64,000 nt of DNA from NCBI GenBank assembly GCA_032718475.1, contig JAUCBJ010006704.1, positions 1 through 64,000 of the forward strand, in the 5' to 3' direction. The notes under the pieces were generated by a model that made no database searches, was not told where the DNA came from, and saw only the letters and a list, made by a program, of their open reading frames with translations. Numbering within the stretch: the stretch's first letter is position 1; each line of letters opens with the position of its first letter. This document shows, piece after piece, positions 12,101-24,100 of the stretch. The position numbers were made by a program, and so were the translations under genes. The stretch comes from Nemertoderma westbladi. Lineage: Eukaryota > Animalia > Xenacoelomorpha.

Positions 12101-15100
12101 CGCGGGCTCGGTATTCATAAGGCCGTCGATATACTTCCTGTAACTCGGGGTGTGAGTTAACAAATAAGTCTCCATAGTCCGGGTCCTGGCGGATATAATT
12201 GATTAAGCTATAGGAATGAAGGTCGCAAGGATTAACACTCCTGAGAAATTTGCGTACGAACTTGGTTGAAATACATTCTCCGACGCGCTTCAGTAGTTCG
12301 TAACTCGATATGCGTGATTTCTGTTCGACAGAAGCGAATAGATAAGTATGGAACGCATAAACTCCTTCGTAAGCGCGTCCAGGATAATAACGATGGCGCG
12401 AATCACAATGTAAATCAGCGTTCGCTTCCCAAGCTCTGATCTAACGTAGTGTGATCATTTCATCTAAGCTAATTCATCCAAATCGTGATTAAAAGGGCAA
12501 TCGAAACTGGCGTGTCCCTTTAGTTGACAGTGGTGACATTGAGTCATAAATTGAGGGCAAACCGCAAAGATATGCAAGTTATTGAGTCTGCAATATGCGC
12601 AATAAATTTCCATAGTCGGTTGTTCTTGGAAACAAGCTGGCAAGCCTGGAGGGTTCACGGTCCTCCTACTTAATCAGTACAATAATAATACGTTTTCGTT
12701 CGGGTAGGCCTATGTTTCCTTTTCACTTGTTCCCATCGTAGGCGACCTCATGCTCATCCCACCACGACCACGACCACCAGTTACGAGTTGGGTAGGCGTC
12801 TACCGGCAACCGGTAAGTAATTACGCGCCACACGACGTCATCCCGCCATCCGCCAACATTTATACCGGTTCGGTAAGCCTACCACCTACCGGCTGGCTAC
12901 CATCGCACCGTAGGTCTACCGCCTACGCCTACCGGTCAACCGGTAACGGCAGGCTACCGCGTACCGGTACAGCGGTACTCAAAGTCGTACCAGTCTGCCA
13001 GTATTGTCGTAATTGACAAATGCAGGATTAAACCGTAACCCGTTCCGGTACCGGTACCATATGCATCTGAACGACTGGACGGTTAATCTCATAGCATAGC
13101 TGCATAGGCCTACCGGTAGTCAGTGCGAAGTCGCCTGCGAACATGGCGAAATATTATATTTACTGCTAGGGCTAGGCTAGGACCTACCAGCCTACTGCTG
13201 TACTGACCTATGACAGTATGAAGATAGGCAGATAGGCCTACAGTGGTCAGGTAGTACCGGTCCGGTATGCCTACTACAGGCAGACAATCAGACAGTACTA
13301 GCAGTGCTAATTAATTACCTTAATTAAATCTTCAATTAGGTCATAATGTAGGTCCAAATTTAAAAATCGGCCTCCGTTAATCGATTTAGAAATAATTCAG
13401 GTACCTCCATGCCAAATATCAGAATCATTCATTGCGTTCCCTATGACAAGATAGCTTTTTCCTAAACCATGCGAAAACACGCAAATATAGCGCTCACATC
13501 GCACAAATACCATCTCGACACCCAATTTTTTGTATGAGCCTTCGCCATCCCTATATCTAACTTTTGTCCAAATTTTGTTTCGATTGATTAATAAATAACT
13601 GAGATATCGCTCTGGACACACACACACACACACACACTAACACACACACACACACACACACACACATTACGGTAATAATGGTCACTTATGTCAAAGACCG
13701 TGAACCAATAGGAACAGCGGACGTTGGTGTCCATGGGCGTATCGTGGTCTCTCGATGCGCATAACCGACAACGTTGCCTAGAAACATAGTTGGCATGTCG
13801 ATAATCGTACGCAGTGAGACACTGTGGACCTTGATACCATTCTATGATGTAGTCGTTGTCGCTGTTCCGGGCGCGATAGGCTGAATCTCCTCAGATTCTA
13901 GGCATATTGGTTCGTCTTCCCAGTCTGTTACGAATAGAATTTTCGTGATATATTTTCGGTTTATCGTTACGACTCCGCTGGGTATGATATTTAAATAGAA
14001 CCATTTCCCTTTCGGTGTCTACATCGTCCGTATCATGTAAATCGATAGGATGGCAGGTAGTTAGGAAGTCCATATACGTACCATTACGATGCGTATAGCG
14101 AGCGGTGAATTTTCGATAGTCCAATTCACGCGTAAGTTGCTCTTGGGACATCGGCGGTTCAATATAACGACCATCGTCCTCCGTAATGGTTGGATCGGCT
14201 TCACCGCGTATCAAGCTATCCACAAATGCTTGTAAAGGTAGAGTATATCGCTCCCTGATACCAAGATCATCTTATATCAACTCCGTCATATCTGCTATCT
14301 GAGTTTATTAATATTGTAATGAGTTTATGTTTAGGCGAGCGGGCGTCGCTGCCTACCTCTCTTCGCCCCGGACAGTGGGATTCTCAGCGCCGATGTACCG
14401 TCGTCGCGGTGTTTACGCCAACATGTAGCAACAGCAAGACAACGATAACCGGCACAAGTCACTCCACTGTCCGTCCCAAAGGCTTGAATCCACTTTAGGT
14501 TCTTTCTATAGGAGAGTTGGGCTACTTTCACAATTGCGACTAGCTACTGTAAACACACCTTAGCAGTAACATTCACTTACAAACGCACAAATTCCACACA
14601 ACTGTCACCAATTGTACACATACAGGCCATTTGTCCGTTAGTCAGTGCCTTCCAGAATGTCACGTTATTACTGTGTATCCTTGGATACTAACAGTGTGTT
14701 ATGTATTCTCTATGCTATGCAATGGGACAAGCTTTCTATTGTTCTTTTAACTTGCTTCTAATTCTAGCGTGGGTGTTACTATGGTGACATTATGGAATGC
14801 TAGCGGTAGAATTAGGGTAATTCTCATGCATACAGATCTGGGATGCTATTTAATAATAATTCTTTAATTGTCAATATCCTCTTTATGCATGATTTTATTA
14901 ATTTTATCGGCTATTGACTATATGTTGGAGATTCTCGCACTCTAATACTCTCAATAGGATGAATCTCCGCTCCCATGATCTATTAATTAATGGAATTTTG
15001 GGAATGTTATAAATTGTACAAAATGACAATTTATGAAATTCATTTAAAAATATGAATTTAAATTTATTCCCGTGAATTTTATTATTTGATGTTAAAATTG

Positions 15101-18100
15101 ACACAATTTTTATTCCAGAGCATGTCTGGGGACTGAGGATCTTTAATTCTATAAAATTGTCTTTTAAGAGTATCGGTAAGTGCTGCGATATCTTAATTGA
15201 CTAGAAATTTTAAAGTATCCGAATTTTACAGATTTTAATAGATATTAATTAATATTTAAGATGGGCACCGATTTATTCCAGAACTTGTCTGGGGACGTTA
15301 ACCATTGATTCTAGAATTTGTCTTTCAAGTATATCGGTGGGTGCCGCGATATCTTAATCGACTAGAATTACAGATGGTCAAAAGTTTAACAGATTTATTT
15401 GCGTTTTACGCTACTGTTAGAGGGACATCACGCTACTATATGTATTATTTAATATAAGGTAGAAGAGCAATATCGCACGAAGCAATGTCAGTGTGAAGAG
15501 GCAAGTCGTTTCCAAGGTCTACCCAGAGCTTGGTTTAGCCGAGACACGAGGATCTGAACTTTGCATTCCTAATACTCTGTATTAGATCCAATAATAGAAA
15601 ATACTAATATCAGTTCACAAAATAATAATAATGATTTTATAATTTGTTAATATATATATATATATAAACTTGTCAGTCTACTGACTTACAATCATTGAAA
15701 GCATACTACTAAGCTTCAGTAATTAACTTATTCAGTACTGCAGTAGGTGTTAAGCACCAAATCTTAAAAACTAAAAAAAACATTCTCTTTACCGGTATCA
15801 AACTGTCCATACACTAATGTGTATCTCTTACACTACCCCCCCACCAGTAGCGGAGCGTCTTGTAGGTTATATGACTTGATTTTAGGACGAAGGTTAAACT
15901 TAACAGTTTTCTTTTTTCGTTTCTTATAATCGTTTAGTGCTAAATCAAATGCCTTTTTGTATCCCCGAGTTGTTCGGTTATCAATATTTTGTTCAATTGG
16001 ATTGAAGAGTTTTATGTTGTTCTCTGGAACAAATTCAATGCGATTAGACCCGTAATAGTGGACAGGAATCTTAGGTATAGATGAGCATTGTTTGTTTTGT
16101 AAAGATGGTATTACTAATCCAGGCCACGTTGGATATCCATCTTCTTTAGCCATTACAACAAGTCCTGGTTTGAACGTATTTTCGCCATATTTTCTTGTTG
16201 TCATTACAGGTTCTTTGTTGTTTTTCATAGGTTTGATTTGTAAATGTGAGTTATTTGTAGTTGATTTCTCATCATTGTTTGATTTCTCATCATTGTTTGA
16301 TTTCTCATCATTGTTTTGGATGAAAGCTGGTTTGGTTCGGTCTATCGAAATCTTTTGAGTCCTTCCTTTAATTTCAACTGTTACAGTTTTTTCATCGCGT
16401 TCTAGAACAACATATGGACCAGTATATCGATCACTGAGTGAAGATTTGACGCGTTCATTTCTAATCCAAATGTTATTTGCAGTTTCAAGTGATTTTGGGA
16501 TATATGTTTTTTTATTGAATTGTCTCTCTGGGGCTCTATAGGAATCAATAGTTTTAAATAAATTATTCATATAGTCAGGAAGACTCTTTTGTTCATTTGT
16601 TTCGGTTGGCGCAAAAAATTGCTGGGGTAGATCGATTGTACCACCATATACCATTTGTGTTGCAGTATATCCATCAGGAGCAATACTATTGCGTAATCCA
16701 AGTAATACCATCGGTAATGTATCAACCCAGGAAGATGTGGTTGCATGACATCGTAGTGAATTTTTCAGAGTTCGATGAAATCTCTCTACAGCGCCATTGC
16801 ATTGGGGATGATAGGTTGTAGTTCTTTTTCTATTAATTCCAAGTGAATGCATTAATTCACTCCAAACAGCAGATTCGAATTGACTTCCCCTATCAGTTAT
16901 TAGTTCTCTTGGAACGCCGAATCTTGATATCCAATTAGTAATCATGGCTTTTGCAACTGATTCCGTGCTTATGTTATTTACTGGAATAACTTCAAACCAT
17001 CTTGTGAAACGATCAAGTATTGTAACCATATATTCGTATCCTCTAGATTGTGGAACTTTACCAACTATGTCTATATGTACTGTTTGGAATCTACCTGTAG
17101 TTGGAATACCACCAATAGATGATTTTGTATGAAGTGTTATTTTGCATTTTTGACAGCGCTGGCATTCACGGCACCAACGTCTAATATCTTTCCGCATTCC
17201 TGGCCAAATATATTTGCCTGAAACCATGTTTAATGTTGGTTTAGTACTTGTGTGAGCCAATTCATGCAACTGTTTAAATAGTTGAAATCGCATAATAGTA
17301 GGAACATATGGACGGAGATAATCCTTTGAGGCATCACAGACCAAAATCGAGTTTCAAATTTTCACTCGTTTTAGTGGTAGAGTTGTTTTCTGAAAAAATT
17401 GTGACAGTGTGGAGTCATTATGTTGTTCTTTAGCTAGTTTTTCATCAAATTCAACAGATATGTTACTGCAATCGCGAGATAATGTATCAGCTACTATATT
17501 GGCGGTGCCTGATACATGAGATATGTGGCAATTGAATTCGGAAATATAAGATAGCCACCTAGTTTGTTGCGGAGATGGATTTTTCATTGTTAGTGCATTA
17601 ATTAGTGGTTTGTGGTCAGTTTTAATGTCAAACTCAACAGAAATGAGCCATGAAAAATGTCGTAATGCAAGATAAATTGCAAGTAGTTCTCTGTCAAAGG
17701 TAGACTTCCTAGATTCAAGTTCAGTTAGTTTCGCAGAAAAAAAAATGCAAGTGGTTGTCTTTCACCATTTTTCAATTGGTTCAACACTACACCAACAGCA
17801 ACACCAGAGGCATCAGTTGTTAGTTCTAATTTTGCAGTTGAATCAGGAAATGCCAGTGTAACTGAGTTTTTTAACATTTCTTTCAAATCAAAGAAGGCTT
17901 TCTCAGCTGTATCATTCCATTCTAAAGGTTTAAGTTTGTTTGTTTTATCTACAAAACGAGTCAAATCTGTTAAAGGAGTTGCAACTCGTGAAAATCCAGG
18001 AATAAATCTGTGATAATAACCAGCCATACCAAGAAAACGTTTTAATGTCTTTATTGTGGTTGGTGTTTGAATTTTTTCTATAGCCTTAACGTTATCTAAT

Positions 18101-21100
18101 AATGGTTTTATTCCTGCACTGGAAATTTGAACACCAGCAAATTTTATTTCTGAACAGAAAAATTTGCATTTGTCTAGTCGTAATTTTAAACCAAGTTGTG
18201 TAAATCTATTTAAAATTATTGACAAATGTTGAAGGTGTTCTTCTTCATTCTTGCTTGCTAAAGTGACATCATCTTGGTATCCCCAAGTAAACTCTAAACC
18301 ATTGGTAGCGGAATCCATGAGTCTTTGGAATGTTGAACTAGCATTTCTCATTCCATATAACATCCGACGGAAAATAAACAAGCCAAATTGAGTTATTATT
18401 GCAGTCTTTTGTTGATCTTCGGGGTGAACTGGAATTTGTATGTATGCGGAGGCCAGATCGAGTTTTGAAAATACGGTACATCCTTGAAAACCACTCGGAA
18501 GGTCATTTAGGTTAGGCATTGGGTAACGATCAGGTACTGTTTGATTATTTAAGCCACGATAGTCACCACAAGCACGGAATGGTGTTGTTTTTGAGTTTGG
18601 TTGTTCTACTATATGCAAAGGGGATGCATAAGGTGATTCACCACGATAACATACACCAAGTTGTTCCCAATTTGTAAATATCTCTTTCGCTATTTGTAAT
18701 TTATTTCCATAAAGTCGGCGAGCTCTACAATAATATGGCGCGCCTTTTGTTATTATGTGATGTTCTACTTTGTGTTTGACAGGAGTGGATATGTTGATAG
18801 GAGTGAATAAGTCGGGATGGTTATTCAATAATCGCTTGACACTATCGCGATATTGATTATTTTCAATTGTAATATGACAAATATTAAAATCAATTGAATT
18901 AATTGAGTTTGAATTAGTTGCTGGTAAAGTTTGTTTTATGCTATCTGTAGATTTAGGTAAATTATCTGAAGAAATCAGTCGATTATTCACGCAATCGATG
19001 AGTAATTTTTCTTTTTTTAAAAAATCTATACCTAATATTGGTTTTGAAACATCGGCTACATAAAAGTTCCATGTGAATACTTTGTTACCAATATCAGGCA
19101 GGGTAAACATTAAAGATTGTATTCCATTAACTTTAATAGGAGTTTGGTTTGCTGCCTTTAAATTTATTTGAGGAGTTGGGCGAGTTTCTAATGTTGTATA
19201 ACTTAGAGGAAGTACACTACAATCACTCCCACTATCAGCTAAAAATTTGCCAATTGGATTTGCGGTCACAAAGATTGCATTTACTCCATCGCAGAAGGCC
19301 GCGGTCGCGGTGGAGTATTGGAGTTTCCCTGATGCTGAGGGAATCGGAAGTTATCTGGTTGTACCCAAGTGCAATTACCTGTACATTTTGTGGAATCCTT
19401 TCCAAATTTCCAGTGGTACCAGCACAATGAGGGAGTTTGGTTGAAAGAACGGGATTGGGAGTGTCCTCGGTAATATGATTCAGATCGATTTCTATACCCA
19501 GTGTCTCGGTCTGTGCTGGGATATCGTGAACGACCTCGTTCGTTTCTAGTTGATAGGGAATTAATAGCTTCAGATAGACGGTTGATTTCTTGAGTAATAT
19601 TTTGGCACCAGGCCTGCATCTCAGGTGGAGGATTAATGTTACTCTCTGTTTTGGGTTTAACAGTTACTTCATTTACTAAACTATGACTTGGCATATTTTC
19701 AGTCATACGATCTGCTATTTCAGCAAGTTTATCTATGGGGACACCGTCTATAGAAATCAATACAAGCCGAATTGGTTCTGGTAGGATTTCTAAAAATCTT
19801 AATTTAACAATATTTATGTTATTGGGTGCTAACCTCTGTAGATGTCGTAGTATTACGGATGGTTTCCGATCTCCAAGGCTTTGATCCTCTAGAAGTTTTT
19901 TCAAACGACGTTCTTCACTGTCGTCATAATATTTAATCAGACTTTCCTTAATTATATTAAAGCTGTCAGTAACCTGTGCCCCACTGTCAAATATGACATT
20001 AGTAGGAAGCACACGAAGTAAACTATTTTTCTTTATTGGTTCCGGGGTTTTATCGAGAATTTGCTCTATCTGGTCAAACCAAACATGGGTGTCTTTTTCA
20101 TAAAATTGTGGCAACTTGACCGTTTGAGTTTGGTGAGTCGAGAATCCTGCATCAGTACTGCTACTGGATAAATTTGGGACATTGCGTAAGCTTTGCTGAA
20201 CTTGATTAAAGGCTAGCTGTACAAACGTTTTATTTTGTTGCTTAAGTTCGTCTAGGATTTCTCCTTTAGTTTGTGGGGGTTGATATGATACATCTTCACT
20301 GTGTAGAATTTCAAGCACAGCTTCCAGTATAGACTTTGGCGCATTGTATATATCTGTAGACATTTCGGCTATTCTTTTATTGACTTACTGTATACTGACA
20401 TGACATACCTGGAGTTTAAATAGGCCCAATACGAATTAATCGCACTACCGGGCCAGCGTTCATCCTGCCGGTAATTTTGTGCTGGTACCAGGTTCGTTCT
20501 GAGTTCAGTTCAACATTCTGACATTCCAGCATTTACACCTAGGCCTAGTCGCTAGTCGTTGGCGTTGATGTTTAATATCTCGTCCGGGTCACCATTATTA
20601 GATCCAATAATAGAAAATACTAATATCAGTTCACAAAATAATAATAATGATTTTATAATTTGTTAATATATATATATATATAAACTTGTCAGTCTACTGA
20701 CTTACAATCATTGAAAGCATACTACTAAGCTTCAGTAATTAACTTATTCAGTACTGCAGTAGGTGTTAAGCACCAAATCTTAAAAACTAAAAAAAACATT
20801 CTCTTTACCGGTATCAAACTGTCCATACACTAATGTGTATCTCTTACACTCTGCCTACCAATAATACTTGAATATAGTAGTGGCTTTATTGTACTTTAAG
20901 AAGTACGGACATTTCATCTTACTGTAATCACGTATTTATAATATGATACGGACAGTAAGGAAAGAGAAAAAATTATTTCTCGCCGTCGCACTGAATATAT
21001 ATTATAAGTAATTACGTACGTAATAAACACTAATATATTGCACTAATCTACTAAATAATCACTAAAATAACATTATACTAAATAAAATTAAAGAAAACGA

Positions 21101-24100
21101 TTATAATAAAATTACATAATAATACATACATAAATATAAAATAAAAACAAATATAAAATGATATAGTCACACACCCACTCCATATGTTATTACGTTATAG
21201 AGTCCCTAGATATTTGTCGGATTAGGGAAGTGGTCGTAGGAAGAGTATCTTGCCTTCCATAGTTTCCGGACAGTTTTCGGTCTCTTTCCAGTAAACATAA
21301 ACGACCAGCTGGGCGATTGAGTTGTTGTGTTACTTTCTCCGCTCCCTTGGCCTGTCTAATCTCCGCCGGGGTAAGATGAGGAGGCCATTCTTCTTCTTCT
21401 TTACTTAAGAAGTCGGATCCACCTAACCAGCCTGGAGTATCTATTAGTTCTTGAGGAGTTGCTCCTCTGGAAACGATGTCGGCTGGATTAATCGTCCCAA
21501 GGCAATGTCTCCATTGATCTATATTGGAGTTAATATCGTCATTATCTGAGGAGTATGGTGTTCCCTCAGTTGGATCGTCTACATCACTGCTCTCCACTTC
21601 CCATTCCTTTACTTGGTATACCTGTTGTTGAGGTAATCTCTCTTTGAGAGTTCTACGGGAAGGGCCAGTGAAGTACCAACCTACTCTAGTTCTTACCGCA
21701 TAGGTTTGCAGTGGCTGCGGTTGAGCAGGCCGTTTCTCCAATGTCTCGAGCGCCTCATGCGCGTTTTGGCCAATGAGTATTTGCACTCCAGGATAATCTG
21801 TCTGGAATCGAGGTATCTTAAGATGTTGGATGCTCTCATCCTCGTCCCAATTATAAAGGTCTGCTTGGGTAGTAGCGAAGTTCTTTATAGCCACCATTTT
21901 TACTGACCTTATACTTTGTGCTCCTAATTTATCCTGGGGGGTGGACAACGCACCTACATAGTAATCTGCCGTTATGGTAGATTTCCAAACCTGCATAATT
22001 CCGGACATATTCAACTTAGTTTGGAATTTGGGTTGTCCAGCAAAGATATCTTCGGCTAGTTCTTGATCGATGAATGTTCCTGTGCTGCCAGAGTCAAGGA
22101 GGGCTTTCACTATGTAACTTTTGTTGGGACCGTGAACTCTTACTTGCACTACAGGAAATTCTCTGATTCCTACGTTGGAAGTTGGAGCTTTCCAAGATGG
22201 TTGTTTGGCATAAGTAGTTGGGGGAAACTCATTGTTGGTGTCCTTTTCATAAGTAAGTGCTCGATACACTGAGGTATTTATTAGGTAACAGGATTCGATG
22301 GCGTCGGAGAATTCGTCAGTATAGAATCCTTCCATCTCAGACTCTTGATCAGTGTCATTTACATCACTGAATTGGACATGTAGTTCGGGCTCACTTACCT
22401 GACTCGGGTTGTTTCGTTCGAACTCACTGTGTAACAAGATGTGATGTTTCGCGCCACACTTTGCACACTTTACGTCGGAGTAACAGGTTCGCCGTTGGTG
22501 TCCTGATCTGAGGCAATTATAGCATAACCGCTTATTCCACAGGACTGTACGTCTGTCTACAAGGGATTTCTTTAGAAATTCAGCACACGCACTCAAATGG
22601 TGGGGCCCGTCGCACAGCGCACATTTTGGTTTGATGTTACTCACCTTACCTTGGGTAACGTTATGCACTCTCGTTCTTTCTTCGGGCTTTCTTCCGTGAA
22701 TTCTCTTAGGAGACGTAGGAGGAGTTGTTGTTACCTGTTCTCTCCTGTCACTGGTTCGAGACTTGTATTTACTTACGTCTTTATAGGTCTTGTTGTCATA
22801 GTAAGATTTTGCTGTGTCTTTCCCGCTGTCCTCTTCTTGAGAAGCTTGGCTTTCGCCGTCGTCAGTATAACACACTGGTATTATCCTTCTCCTAGAAACG
22901 GGTTTCTCACTTACCTTATTTTCTGATGTTTTCTCTCTGGACTGCTTTATGAGTTGTAATTTTACTTCACTATCTAAGAAGGACATGAGATCAGCCATGG
23001 TAGGGCTTCGTCGTTGTTGTTCATTCATGTACAACACTTTCTTGTCCCAGCGCGTACATACTCCACCCTTTGGTAAAGTAGAGACTACGGCTCCAATAAC
23101 CATGGAACTCTGATATTCATGAGACTTACCTAACCAGTCCAATTGTCTACAGATTTCCTGAATTTCATCGGAAAACTCTATAATCCCGCTACTAAGGAAG
23201 TGTCGGGGGGCTACTAATTTTGCATACAAATACTTAGCTATGTTATCCTTGTTACCATACCTGATGTTTAATGTATCCCATACTTGTCGTAATCCTTCTG
23301 GATGTCCAATAAACTTTAACGCCATTAACCTGGGAGGTCCTTCCAAGCACTTGATGAGGAACCTAAGTTTCTCTCTGTTAGATAGCACAGAGTTCTGTAT
23401 GCTGTCTTTGTAATATTCATTGAAAGGTAACCATTTCATCTCATCTCCATTGAATTTGACGATCTCTCCCACTTTGACCGCTTGGCGGGCTTCTGTTCTA
23501 GCCATCTGACGCGTAAAGCTTTCTTGGGCCATCGTGTTATTCAATATGGAATTATCGGTGTATAAATTTCTCGGATCATTATCAGGTCTATAGGGAATAT
23601 CATTAACAACAGGTCTATAATCACCCTTAATAGGGTTTGCTATAGGAGTTTCTACTTCACTAGCAGTATAGATGCGTGTAGGCTCCACACCTTGCGCATG
23701 TAATACTTCAGACCTAACAGGTTGACACAATGTTACAGGGGGTATTGGTATGCCCTTTTGTATATTGACTAATTTGTCGCGTTCCAGCGCGATACTTTGC
23801 TGCACTTCTTGCAACTCTGCCCTACCTTCCCTTACTGTTCCCTTAAGTTGGTGGACAGTCTCCTGCATCTGTCCGAGCAGGAGGTTCATCCCCCGCCGTC
23901 CCTCCTCTACCCACTCAACCGCCGAAGCGGGAGTCGCCAACATTGTAGCGGGCTGACGCGGGACGACGGGAGACAAATCTTTGATTCCTCTGTCAATGCT
24001 CAGGACAGGGGTATTCGCATGGACTGTTCCATCGGGTACAGGTAGTGTAGTACTGTGTAAAGGGAATTTAGAGTTAAGCTCTGGAAGTGCAGGGGTCTCT

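Larger units (their letters stand above)
15580..20848 (-). mobile_element. Gypsy/Ty3 LTR retrotransposon (5269 bp) nested in the BEL-like element; integrase with C-terminal PWWP domain
   Basis: 253-bp LTRs 15580-15832 and 20596-20848, identical by eye; TSD CTCTG (15575-15579, 20849-20853); PBS, PPT, gag and PR-RT-RH-IN order. Confidence 0.95.

Noticed and set aside
11760-14270. env gene of the BEL-like element
   Set aside because: No signal peptide, furin site plus fusion peptide, or transmembrane segment is visible.
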